A DNA stretch of 32,000 nt from Nitrosopumilus maritimus SCM1 (GTDB lineage Archaea; Thermoproteota; Nitrososphaeria; Nitrososphaerales; Nitrosopumilaceae). Below are positions 24,106 to 32,000 of the stretch, piece by piece; the first letter of the stretch is position 1, and each line of letters begins with the position of its first letter. Under the pieces are notes generated by a model. The model did not search any database, was not told the origin of the DNA, and saw only the letters and a program-made list of their open reading frames with translations. Location of the stretch: assembly GCF_000018465.1 (NCBI RefSeq), contig NC_010085.1, positions 1,290,001 through 1,322,000 on the forward strand, written 5' to 3'. Position numbers and translations under genes: made by a program.

Positions 24106-25857
24106 TTGTCTCAAAACGGAAACGGTTTACTAGAGTACATACCTGGCTCTCACACACTGCTAGTTCAAAAAAATTCCAGCCCACCTCTTGAAGGATTTGC
24201 TGAAAATATCAGAGGAAGCATACACGAGTATGCTGAGAATTCAAAGAGCGACGTTGAGAAGGGAAACAACTTTCTTCATTGGATACTGACAAGAGTATTT
24301 GAGGCAACAGAAGATGATGCTGCTGATGCAATTGTAGATGGTGCAAACGATCTAGGAATTGATGCATACTTGCCAGTAGACTTTTCAGATAACACGATTA
24401 GATTATTTCAATCAAAATACGGGACATCTCATTCACTTGAAGCAATTGCAAAGTTCAAAGAAGATGCAAAGAGACTGCTTGCAAAAGACGTTACAAAGAT
24501 GAGACCAGAATTGGCTCAGCTTGTTACAAAAATCAAAGAAAAGAATCTCAAAGTAAAGTGCTGTTATGTTACTGACCAAAAAGTAGACTATCATGATGAA
24601 TTTGTTGAAGTAATTGATGAGGAGAAGATCATTCAAAAACTCTGGGACAGAATAAAGAAACCAGCTGCAGGCAAAAAGTCATCAATACGACTAGAAAAGA
24701 TGCTCAGACACGAGAATACTATTCTAGGAATTTTGAAATTACGTGAATTAACAGAGTTTGTTAGCAAGAACAGAGACTATGTCTTTGAATCAAACATCAG
24801 ACAATGGATGCAGTTCAAGACTACGGTAAACAAGGGATTACGAGACACATTGCAGAGTAACCCTAACAAGTTCTTCTTTTACAATAACGGAATTACAATT
24901 GTAGTAAGCGATTTCTCAGAATTGGGCGAGAACATGATAGAGCTTCATGCACCGCAAATTGTCAATGGTGCACAGACATCAAACTCTATACTAGATCATT
25001 CAAAGAGAACAAAGAACATGGATGGCTCCATGACAGTTACAATAATCAAAGCTGATGATGAACAAGAACAAAACAACATTACAAAGTATAGAAACTCGCA
25101 AAACTCTGTCAGAGGAAAAGACTTGGTTTCTTTGATGGACTTTCACAAGTCAATTAAATCACAATTAAAAAGCTGTGGATACTTTTATGAAATTCAAGCA
25201 GGCTCTTTTGATACAAAATCAAAATCAAAACAGTGTGACTATGCAGGAGACTCTACATACAACAACTATCTTCCAGACAATCACAAAAAAGTAATCGTTG
25301 CAAAAGATGCAATTCAATGTCTTGTTGCAGGAATTGAACAAAGACCAACTGAAGCTTATAGTTCACCAGCTCAGTTTCTTCCAAGAGGAAGCAAGTATGA
25401 TGATATCTTTAATGACAATCTAAAGGATGATTACAGAATTTTGTTGTATCCATACTTGGTAAAAGAATATGCAAAAAAATCACTAAAGTATGGAAAGAAA
25501 GGAGGTCACAAGACAAAGAGATATGCAACTCTGTTCTATGTTGCAGTATACTTTAGAATTCTACACAAAAAAATTCTCGAATCAAAGGGCGATTTTAAGG
25601 GAGATATCAGGAAGATAGAGCCAGTTTTTCGCAGTTTCAAACTAAATTCTCGAATTTTAAAGCTAGCTGACGTCATTGTTACCAAATTCCTTGAGGATAC
25701 AGTAGTTGATGATGAAATCGAAATGGCAAACACAAAGCACAACTTTTTCTCTCAACACGTATGGAATGACACGATGCTTCGGGTAATTGACAAGAAGATA
25801 AGACAAGAAGAAGATGAAATCTTGGCACTAAAGAAACTCACAAACAGTTTGTTGTGA
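24106..25857 (+). CDS. AIPR-family protein (abortive-infection phage-resistance-type), TTG start
   Basis: 583 aa. The N-terminal VDGANDLGIDAY...IRLFQSKYG has a D...D...QxK arrangement like Mrr/PD-(D/E)xK modules found at AIPR N-termini. The central FFYNNGITIV ... PQIVNGAQTSN pair is what I recognise as the AIPR hallmark. No search was run. Confidence 0.7.
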   Translation: MSQNGNGLLEYIPGSHTLLVQKNSSPPLEGFAENIRGSIHEYAENSKSDVEKGNNFLHWILTRVFEATEDDAADAIVDGANDLGIDAYLPVDFSDNTIRLFQSKYGTSHSLEAIAKFKEDAKRLLAKDVTKMRPELAQLVTKIKEKNLKVKCCYVTDQKVDYHDEFVEVIDEEKIIQKLWDRIKKPAAGKKSSIRLEKMLRHENTILGILKLRELTEFVSKNRDYVFESNIRQWMQFKTTVNKGLRDTLQSNPNKFFFYNNGITIVVSDFSELGENMIELHAPQIVNGAQTSNSILDHSKRTKNMDGSMTVTIIKADDEQEQNNITKYRNSQNSVRGKDLVSLMDFHKSIKSQLKSCGYFYEIQAGSFDTKSKSKQCDYAGDSTYNNYLPDNHKKVIVAKDAIQCLVAGIEQRPTEAYSSPAQFLPRGSKYDDIFNDNLKDDYRILLYPYLVKEYAKKSLKYGKKGGHKTKRYATLFYVAVYFRILHKKILESKGDFKGDIRKIEPVFRSFKLNSRILKLADVIVTKFLEDTVVDDEIEMANTKHNFFSQHVWNDTMLRVIDKKIRQEEDEILALKKLTNSLL

Positions 25858-26014
25858 TTCTAGTAGGCAATAGCCCAACCAAGTAAAAATCTTGCAGGAG
25901 GTTTACATTGGTCAGACTAGTACCTGAATTTCCTAAAAACAGGTTGTATTTAACATAATTTTCATCTGCATGCGGGAATGTTTTTTATATTGATTAAAAA
26001 GAGCAGAAAACACT

Positions 26015-26182
26015 TTGGGTTCAAAAGGTAAATGCGCAATTTGCAGTGGAGAAATCAAAAATCCATTCAATCCAATGAAAGAATGGGGAATTGATGGAAT
26101 GCTTTGCGGTGACTGTTATTCAAAACATCTTCATGAATATTATCCTGGAGATCACGTTAGAGTAAACAAACACTTGGATTAA
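26015..26182 (+). CDS. small zinc-ribbon protein, 55 aa (TTG start)
   Basis: My translation is (M)GSKGKCAICSGEIKNPFNPMKEWGIDGMLCGDCYSKHLHEYYPGDHVRVNKHLD, with CxxC...CxxC. It falls below the track cut-off. Its stop overlaps the stop of the convergent 195-aa gene. Confidence 0.4.
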   Translation: MGSKGKCAICSGEIKNPFNPMKEWGIDGMLCGDCYSKHLHEYYPGDHVRVNKHLD

Positions 26183-26766
26183 GTTTCTGATTCTGAAAAA
26201 TCATTTGCATTAAAACAATTCCAGACAAGCGGATCATCTTTTACATCTTCTTCTTTAAGAAATTGAATGTCAGTAATTGTTTTTTTACGTTTTAACAAGT
26301 TTACTTGAAAAGTTGAAAACTCTTTGCAATCACAATCGTTGTAGAGACATTCATCATTGTCATTTTCATCATGATCTCTTGCCTCATGACCGCAATTACA
26401 CAATGCATCCTTTTTGACATCATCAAGTGACTTGTGTGCATATGTTCCCAATCTAAGATATGCTTCACCACCATGACCTTTCTTGAATCGCTCATAGTGT
26501 TCGGACTTTTGCAATACTTTGTAGAAAGAAAGATTCGTGTCAGGCTTTTGAGAGTCAGCGCCCATGATAAACCAGTATTTGTCACCAATCTCGACAAATC
26601 TGATCTTAATTGAGGGATCAACCCAGAAGTGAATGGTGTCATGCCACAAAGAAGCAGATTTTTTTCTGTCTGAAACTAGCGGAACAACATTCATGCGAAG
26701 ATCATAATACCTGTAAGCTACCCCTTCAAAGTCATCAAACCACGGAATTGCAGACATTGTTGGCAA
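26179..26766 (-). CDS. hypothetical protein with His/Cys/Asp-rich cluster
   Basis: 195 aa. The N-terminal ~120 aa look globular. They are followed by CNCGHEARDHDENDNDECLYNDCDCKEF (a probable metal site) and an acidic tail. I recognise no family. Confidence 0.5.
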   Translation of the reverse strand: MPTMSAIPWFDDFEGVAYRYYDLRMNVVPLVSDRKKSASLWHDTIHFWVDPSIKIRFVEIGDKYWFIMGADSQKPDTNLSFYKVLQKSEHYERFKKGHGGEAYLRLGTYAHKSLDDVKKDALCNCGHEARDHDENDNDECLYNDCDCKEFSTFQVNLLKRKKTITDIQFLKEEDVKDDPLVWNCFNANDFSESET

Positions 26767-26840
26767 ATCATGCGGGAGATTATTTATCTGATCTGAATTG
26801 GTGGTAATACCCTTATATCAGAGTTTGAGAGTTACTACGT

Positions 26841-27122
26841 ATGGTTTCCTATAGAACTAGCATGCAAATTGTAGCTGATTTACTGACTGTTACTGAACAG
26901 TCTGGACAGGAAGGCATCAAGACAACCTCACTATTAACAAAGGCCAATTTATCACATTCCAGACTATCCAAATTCTTGGATAACTTGACTGGAGCAGGCC
27001 TAATCAACAAAATCGAATATGACGGAAAGAACACTTTTGTAATTACACCAAAAGGAAGACAATATTTGGAATCTTATGCAAACTTTTCAAGTATTGCTGA
27101 ATCATTTGGTCTAGAACTCTAA
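26841..27122 (+). CDS. small winged-helix DNA-binding protein (paralogue of 10835..11122)
   Basis: 93 aa with LLTKANLSHSRLSKFLDNLTGAGLINKI and a C-terminal ESYANFSSIAESFGLEL, as in the paralogue. It is divergent from the 195-aa gene, with a TTATAT element about 25 nt upstream. Confidence 0.65.
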   Translation: MVSYRTSMQIVADLLTVTEQSGQEGIKTTSLLTKANLSHSRLSKFLDNLTGAGLINKIEYDGKNTFVITPKGRQYLESYANFSSIAESFGLEL

Positions 27123-27125
27123 AAG

Positions 27126-27335
27126 CTACTTTTTAGATCTTTTTCGTTTAGCATTTGCTTCTCTTCGTGCTTTCTTTTCCTTGTAGGAACTGTAAACGAA
27201 GATAATGATTATTCCTGCAATTCCACTATAGAATAGATGTGGAATGAATCTCATATCTCCAGTGGTAGGATCAAAGAATGCTATTGCAATAGTTACAATC
27301 ATGAACATCAATAGTACAGTGAGATACTTGTCCAT
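27126..27335 (-). CDS. small 2-TM membrane protein with Lys/Arg-rich tail
   Basis: 69 aa with two hydrophobic helices and the tail YKEKKARREANAKRKRSKK. Confidence 0.45.
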   Translation of the reverse strand: MDKYLTVLLMFMIVTIAIAFFDPTTGDMRFIPHLFYSGIAGIIIIFVYSSYKEKKARREANAKRKRSKK

Positions 27336-27397
27336 GTTTTGAGGTAATTTACAAAACCATATATCTTTTTGATATAATCACAAAGCGCAGAGAAAAA

Positions 27398-27583
27398 ATG
27401 GCAAAAATGCTAGAGTTAGGCGGATTAGTTTTGATAGCTATCATGTTTGCAAGCTTTGTTGGAGCTTTTCAGCCTACAGTTGAACCTGGATTATCACCAT
27501 TGTTTTGGGGATGTGCCGGAGCTGCACTGACAATAATCATGTACAGGAAATTCAAAAGAAAGAGAGAAGAAGAATCTGAATAA
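27398..27583 (+). CDS. small 2-TM membrane protein with basic/acidic tail (likely paralogue of 27126..27335)
   Basis: 61 aa with the same architecture. Shared pattern: F.PT....P.LF...AG....I..Y..(K/R)-rich. Confidence 0.45.
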   Translation: MAKMLELGGLVLIAIMFASFVGAFQPTVEPGLSPLFWGCAGAALTIIMYRKFKRKREEESE

Positions 27584-27774
27584 AAAGTTAGGAAATGATC
27601 AATATTTGATCAACCGACAGATCTATAAAGGATAGTTTTAGGATAATTACGAGGGGAATATGACAGAAGAATCTAAACAATGGTGGATTGGTTTAGGGAA
27701 AGAACTAGAAGTAGACATTGAATCCCTTGATGAATCAAATTAATTATTTACAAAATTTTTTGAAATTAAATTAG

Positions 27775-27848
27775 AGCCTCGGACGGGATCTGAACCCGCG
27801 ACCTAACGCTTACGAGGCGTTCGCTCTACCAGGCTGAGCTACCAAGGC
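27775..27848 (-). tRNA. tRNA-Thr (anticodon CGT)
   Basis: The reverse complement folds as GCCTTGG-TA-GCTC-AGCCTGGTA-GAGC-G-AACGC-CTCGTAA-GCGTT-AGGTC-GCGGG-TTCAGAT-CCCGT-CCGAGGC-T, with all four arms canonical. Confidence 0.9.
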
Positions 27849-27901
27849 ACGTCAGGAGAAATCCATCAGAGTTAATAAAAAGCCTTCCTGAGTTGGATTG
27901 A

Positions 27902-29200
27902 TTGAAGAAAACAATTTCTGGAATTAGAGGAATATTTGGTGAAGATCTTTATCTTAAAGACGTACTAGAGTTTTGTAACAACTTTTCATCATTAGTGCAG
28001 TCTGGAAAATGCGCAATCGGAAAAGATACCAGACCCACAGGTTCCATGATGAAAGATGCTGCAAGTGCAGCTTTAATGCAAAACGGAATTGATGTTTTTA
28101 ATTTAGAGACAGTTCCAACACCAGTAGTTTTTAGAGAAGCAAGAAAGTATGGTGCAGGAATTGTTGTATCATCATCTCACAATCCAATTCAATGGAATGG
28201 TTTGAAGTTCATCATTGAAGGAAGAGGAATCAATGAAAAAGAACTTCCAAAAATTATAGAAAAACAAGAGATTCCAAAGACAAAGATTGGAGCAGAGCAA
28301 GACATTTCATCATCATACATTGAGGATGCAAGAAAAATCATAGGAAGTTTGGAGAACAACCCCGAAGTTGTGGTAGATATTGGAGGCGGTGCGGCAAAGG
28401 GATTTGCGCCTGAGTTGCTAGAATCAATTGGATGTAAGGTCCATACCATTAATGAAAACCTTGAAGGTTCTACTAGAGGCCCTGATCCTACTGCAGACAG
28501 TTTATCAGATTTGGTTTCAGCATCATCAGGAAAAGATGTTGGTTTTGCATTTGACTTGGATGGAGATAGACTAGTTGTTGTAAGAAATGGAAAGAAACAG
28601 ACACCAGATGTAACATTGGGATTGGGTGTTGCAAAGTCGTTAGATCTTGGTTACAAGAAATTTGTTCTAAGCATTGACACTAGTGTTTCAGTTGAAAAGT
28701 TCATCAAAGAAAACGGTGGAACTGTACAGCGAACCAAAGTTGGTGAAGCAAACGTCATTGAACAGATGATAAAAGACAATGCACAAGCTGGTGGAGAAGG
28801 AAGTAGTGGTGGTTTTATTTTGCCTGAGTTTAATTATTGTAGAGAAGGAATTCTAACTAGTGGTTTGATTTCATCAATGCTTGGAACTGCAAAGTACAAT
28901 GAGATACTAGACTTTATGGAAAGTTATTTCCAAATAAGAGACAAGACTGCAATTGATGCACAGTTGCACGACAAAGTAATAGAAAAAGTGCAAACAACAT
29001 TTGAGAAAAACTATTCTGAAACAATTACACTTGATGGTGTTAAAGGGATCATTGATGAGAACAGTTGGGTGTTGGTAAGAAAATCAAACACTGAAGATAT
29101 CATTAGGGTTTCAGCTGAATCAAATGATGAGAACAAGTGCAAACAAATTGTAAAAGATACAATAGAGTTGGTGAATCAAAGTTATGAGCAAGTTAGATGA
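27902..29200 (+). CDS. phosphohexomutase-superfamily enzyme (phosphoglucosamine/phosphomannomutase-like), TTG start
   Basis: 432 aa with the active-site loop SSSHNPIQWNGLKF, the metal-binding FAFDLDGDRLVV and the sugar-binding GGEGSSG. Substrate specificity cannot be read from the sequence. Confidence 0.85.
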   Translation: MKKTISGIRGIFGEDLYLKDVLEFCNNFSSLVQSGKCAIGKDTRPTGSMMKDAASAALMQNGIDVFNLETVPTPVVFREARKYGAGIVVSSSHNPIQWNGLKFIIEGRGINEKELPKIIEKQEIPKTKIGAEQDISSSYIEDARKIIGSLENNPEVVVDIGGGAAKGFAPELLESIGCKVHTINENLEGSTRGPDPTADSLSDLVSASSGKDVGFAFDLDGDRLVVVRNGKKQTPDVTLGLGVAKSLDLGYKKFVLSIDTSVSVEKFIKENGGTVQRTKVGEANVIEQMIKDNAQAGGEGSSGGFILPEFNYCREGILTSGLISSMLGTAKYNEILDFMESYFQIRDKTAIDAQLHDKVIEKVQTTFEKNYSETITLDGVKGIIDENSWVLVRKSNTEDIIRVSAESNDENKCKQIVKDTIELVNQSYEQVR

Positions 29201-30116
29201 GTCTGAAATTATCAAAATCTTTCAAAGGAAACTAGGTAACAAAAATTCTGAAGACGTAGAGATTTTCAAGCTAAAGCAAAACATCATAGCCAAAACTGAC
29301 ACACTTGTTCAAAGCACAGACATCCCTCCCAAAATGAAACTGGGTGAAGCTGCAAGAAAGAGTGTGGTGGCATGTGTAAGTGACTTTGCTGCCAAAGGAG
29401 TAAAGCCACAATATGGCATAATCTCAATTAACTTTCCCTCAAATATTTCACGCTCAAAAGTGGAAGAAGCAGCCACTGGATTCAGAAAGGCATGCAGTGA
29501 GTTTGGAATCTCCATTCTAGGAGGCGACACAAATGCTGGAAAGGAGATTGTGTTCAATGTATGCCTGTTTGGGAGCGCTGAGAAAATTGTACCTAGAAAT
29601 GGTTCCGAGAGCAAAGATTTGATCTTTGCAACAGGTCCATTTGGCTATACTGGTGCAGGTTTGAGCATACTACTCTACAAAAAGAAAGGAAAGAGAGAGT
29701 TTGTTGCAAAAGCAATCAAAGCAGTGACTCATCCAAAGCCAAGAGTAGATTTTGGAGTAAAGAACAAGAGATACTTTACATCATCAATGGATTCCAGCGA
29801 TGGACTATCCACTACACTAAATGAGATGGCAAAGCAATCAAAAAAGAAATTTGTCATAAACAACTCTCCGCACAAAAAAGATCTAGGAGAATTTGCAAAG
29901 TCAAACCAAGATAATCTAGTCTTTCATGGAGGAGAAGAGTACGAGTTTGTGTTTACCATTAATCCAAAACACAAGAAAACAATTCTAAAAAATGCAAAAT
30001 CACTCAGAACACCAATAATTGAAATTGGTTACGTAACTACAGGAAAAGGTGTAATATTACAAAGAGACAACAAAGACATTCCTCTCAAAGACAAAGGTTG
30101 GAAACACTTTAGATAA
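29184..30116 (+). CDS. thiL: thiamine-monophosphate kinase (AIR-synthase-related fold)
   Basis: 310 aa with the ThiL-like pattern EDVEIF...AKTDTLVQSTDIPP...ARKSVVACVSDFAAKGVKP...ILGGDTN...ATGPFGYTGAGL...MDSSDGL. Confidence 0.75.
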   Translation: MSKLDESEIIKIFQRKLGNKNSEDVEIFKLKQNIIAKTDTLVQSTDIPPKMKLGEAARKSVVACVSDFAAKGVKPQYGIISINFPSNISRSKVEEAATGFRKACSEFGISILGGDTNAGKEIVFNVCLFGSAEKIVPRNGSESKDLIFATGPFGYTGAGLSILLYKKKGKREFVAKAIKAVTHPKPRVDFGVKNKRYFTSSMDSSDGLSTTLNEMAKQSKKKFVINNSPHKKDLGEFAKSNQDNLVFHGGEEYEFVFTINPKHKKTILKNAKSLRTPIIEIGYVTTGKGVILQRDNKDIPLKDKGWKHFR

Positions 30117-30437
30117 TTATTCGTCGTGTGATACGTCTCGCTCTACATTGTTTACTATTTCAAAAACAGATTCAGCAGGTAACACTGCAACACATTCAGT
30201 CATCCACAAGTCATCAAGGTAGAGTAATCTCTTTTTATCATCTTCAGGCAAATCATCAGGTTGTGCTTCAGGGTATAGTGCATGCATCTTGTATCCTTCA
30301 TTTGCAATTTGTTGGCATTTTTTTTCTTGGGGAGATAAAATCACTTCATTGATCGGTGCCATTGATTGCATTGCCATTGAACCAAACAAGGCAGCAGCTA
30401 CTGCCACACCGATTGCCAGAAACCAAATGTTTCCCAT
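30117..30437 (-). CDS. hypothetical anchored/secreted protein
   Basis: 106 aa with an N-terminal hydrophobic segment (IWFLAIGVAVAAALFGSMAM), 2 Cys and an acidic C-terminus. Confidence 0.45.
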   Translation of the reverse strand: MGNIWFLAIGVAVAAALFGSMAMQSMAPINEVILSPQEKKCQQIANEGYKMHALYPEAQPDDLPEDDKKRLLYLDDLWMTECVAVLPAESVFEIVNNVERDVSHDE

Positions 30438-30522
30438 ACGGAAATTCAGAGTTTTTCAGTATAAGAATAATAGTCGATTTTGGGCCAAGTGGCAAAATCA
30501 AAGCAAAATTCCAAAATCAATG

Positions 30523-30531
30523 TTTTTTAAA
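30523..30531 (+). promoter_or_regulatory. candidate TATA box for the uS11 gene
   Basis: TTTTTTAAA is centred about 27 nt upstream of the TTG start at 30554. That spacing would give a leaderless transcript. It is pattern only. Confidence 0.4.
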
Positions 30532-30553
30532 CCCCTTTAGGTGTGAGTAGTCA

Positions 30554-31072
30554 TTGTCAGAAACTGAAGCCAAAGTTGAGGAAGCACCAGTCGAAGAGGC
30601 ACCAGCCCAAGAGACTGAGGCACCTGTCGAGGAAGCAAAATCCGAGGCAGTAGTAGAAAAAGCCCAACCAGAGGCAAAGAAAGAGGGCCCAGAAAAATGG
30701 GGTATCGCTCACATTTACAGTAGTTACAATAACACAATCATTCACATGACCGATCTTACTGGTGGAGAAACTGTTTCTATCAGTTCAGGTGGAATTCATG
30801 TCAATGCAGACAGATACGAATCATCACCATTTGCTGCAATGAAAGCTGCAAATCAAGTTGTAGAATCTGCAAAGACAAAAGGATTCACAGGATTTCACAT
30901 CAGAGTTCGCGCAGTTGGTGGAGTTGGTTCTAGAGTTCCAGGTCCAGGTGCACAAGCTGCAATCAGAGCATTAGCAAGAGGTGGATTTAAGATTGGAAGA
31001 ATTGATGATGTTACACCTATTCCTCATGACACCACTAGAAAGAAGGGTGGAAAGAGAGGAAGAAGAGTCTAG
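30554..31072 (+). CDS. rps11: 30S ribosomal protein uS11 with ~48-aa acidic N-terminal extension (TTG start)
   Basis: The core [26 protein letters not shown]...[43 protein letters not shown] is canonical archaeal S11. It is preceded by [47 protein letters not shown]. Confidence 0.9.
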   Translation: MSETEAKVEEAPVEEAPAQETEAPVEEAKSEAVVEKAQPEAKKEGPEKWGIAHIYSSYNNTIIHMTDLTGGETVSISSGGIHVNADRYESSPFAAMKAANQVVESAKTKGFTGFHIRVRAVGGVGSRVPGPGAQAAIRALARGGFKIGRIDDVTPIPHDTTRKKGGKRGRRV

Positions 31073-31377
31073 GCAACTACTCTAACTTTAACTTCACAAT
31101 TTTTAGAAGCAAAATAATCTCGCATAAATTCTGCAAACTTTTCTTCAGGTTTTGATCTGTATCTTGTTAACATATCAGCAAATTTTGTTGTAATGCCGTC
31201 ATGTAAATCTGATTTGAATGCAATTTGAAAAAAAGTCCAACCAAAATTTTCTTTTGGTTCACTGAACATGTATCCGTTGTATGCACCAGTTAATGTTTCC
31301 ATGTGGGAGAGAGCTCTTTTGATGTTAAATGCATCATCAGAATAATTTTTTGTAGAAATTTCTAGAGTTATTGCCAT
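31069..31377 (-). CDS. hypothetical protein
   Basis: A 102-aa ORF. The last base of the upstream PDCD5-like gene's stop (31377) is the first base of its start codon. I recognise no motif. Confidence 0.45.
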   Translation of the reverse strand: MAITLEISTKNYSDDAFNIKRALSHMETLTGAYNGYMFSEPKENFGWTFFQIAFKSDLHDGITTKFADMLTRYRSKPEEKFAEFMRDYFASKNCEVKVRVVA

Positions 31378-31781
31378 TATTCATCCTTTGATTGTTTGGT
31401 GAGTTTGTCAGTTAATGAAACAAATTTTCCATCTTGTTCAACATTGATTTTAGTTTCCATTCGGATGTGTAGTCCAACTGCTCTAAACAGTGTCATGAGT
31501 TTACCACCATCAATTGTCTCATTTAGTTCTCCAGATTTGATTAGTTCGGATAATTTTTGTACAATCATTGCAGTTTCATTTGGAAATTGAGATTCTGCAT
31601 TTTGTAACACTTCTAGTCCTCTGAATCCCAAAACTTTGACTAGGATATCTCGTGGGTTTTCAGGTGGTTTTTCTTGTGTTTGCTCTGGAGTTTTTTCTGA
31701 ATCCTGTCTAGTGTTGATGTTTTTTTGCATCTCTGCTAGTCTCTTTGCCTTTAGTCGCTCTAGTTCTGAATCGTCGCTCAA
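31377..31781 (-). CDS. PDCD5/TFAR19-like double-stranded-DNA-binding protein
   Basis: 134 aa. The N-terminal SELERLKAKRLAEMQ and the later helical bundle region (ILVKVL...ARGLEVL-type) match the archaeal PDCD5 homologue family as I recall it. Confidence 0.7.
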   Translation of the reverse strand: MSDDSELERLKAKRLAEMQKNINTRQDSEKTPEQTQEKPPENPRDILVKVLGFRGLEVLQNAESQFPNETAMIVQKLSELIKSGELNETIDGGKLMTLFRAVGLHIRMETKINVEQDGKFVSLTDKLTKQSKDE

Positions 31782-32000
31782 CCTTTAATCACACCTATAG
31801 GCACCAATTTTGCTACTTTGGTGGCAATTCCTAGATTGTGAGATACATCAACTACAGAATTAACGTCCTTGTAGGCTTGAGGTGTCTCTTCCACAACTCC
31901 ATCTCGGGTTAATGCCTTGATAAATATGCCCTTGTCATTTAGGGATTTTTTAACATCATCTTCAGTGTAATTTCGTCTTGCTTTGGAACGTGACATTGTT
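31778..32000 (-). CDS. rtcB: tRNA-splicing ligase RtcB, C-terminal end (gene continues beyond the right window edge)
   Basis: ...MSRSKARRNYTEDDV...EETPQAYKDVNSVVDVSHNLGIATKVAKLVPIGVIKG matches the conserved RtcB C-terminus (HGAGRxMSR...EAPxAYKDVxxVV...PIGVxKG). The Met at 31996 is internal. Confidence 0.85.
   Translation of the reverse strand, partial: TMSRSKARRNYTEDDVKKSLNDKGIFIKALTRDGVVEETPQAYKDVNSVVDVSHNLGIATKVAKLVPIGVIKG

Noticed and set aside
26301-26642. A 113-aa ORF nested in another frame of the 195-aa gene
   Set aside because: It lies entirely inside the longer ORF on the same strand and has unusual composition (Met/Thr/Ser-rich). The longer frame has the more protein-like sequence.
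27660-27743. A 27-aa + strand ORF (MTEESKQWWIGLGKELEVDIESLDESN) just upstream of tRNA-Thr
   Set aside because: There is no supporting signal beyond an open frame. It may simply be tRNA-flanking spacer.
23500-27848. The tRNA-flanked islet as an integrated mobile element or provirus
   Set aside because: I saw no integrase, transposase or capsid-like gene. I also saw no copy of either tRNA 3' end that could serve as an att direct repeat. I therefore report it as an accessory islet and not as a mobile_element feature.

Overview
This AT-rich, densely coded window looks archaeal. The markers are Top6B, aIF2-beta, an archaeal histone, eS17, uS11, RtcB, a PDCD5-like protein, Cgi121 and RIO/KH genes. 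Several membrane-anchored cupredoxin-type and PEF-tailed surface proteins suggest a marine ammonia-oxidising thaumarchaeon (Nitrosopumilus-like); that assignment is inference only. All protein calls come from reading the translations and recalling family motifs. No searches were run. Most of the window is housekeeping: translation, purA/pyrF, uppS, thiL, a GlmM-like mutase and t6A genes. Four parts stand out. (1) A roughly 4 kb islet between tRNA-Cys and tRNA-Thr carries an AIPR-family abortive-infection-type protein and uncharacterised small partner genes. (2) A MoaD/ThiS-like ubiquitin-fold domain ending in HGG is fused in frame to Cgi121, next to a TsaC-THUMP pair. (3) A six-gene chain of overlapping minus-strand genes runs from cytoplasmic VOC and peroxiredoxin-like proteins into four unknown Cys-rich surface proteins, including a TolB-like beta-propeller with a PEF-type C-terminal anchor. 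(4) Ribosomal proteins eS17 and uS11 carry acidic Glu/Ala/Pro/Thr-rich repeat extensions. No CRISPR array, rRNA, transposase or integrase was seen.
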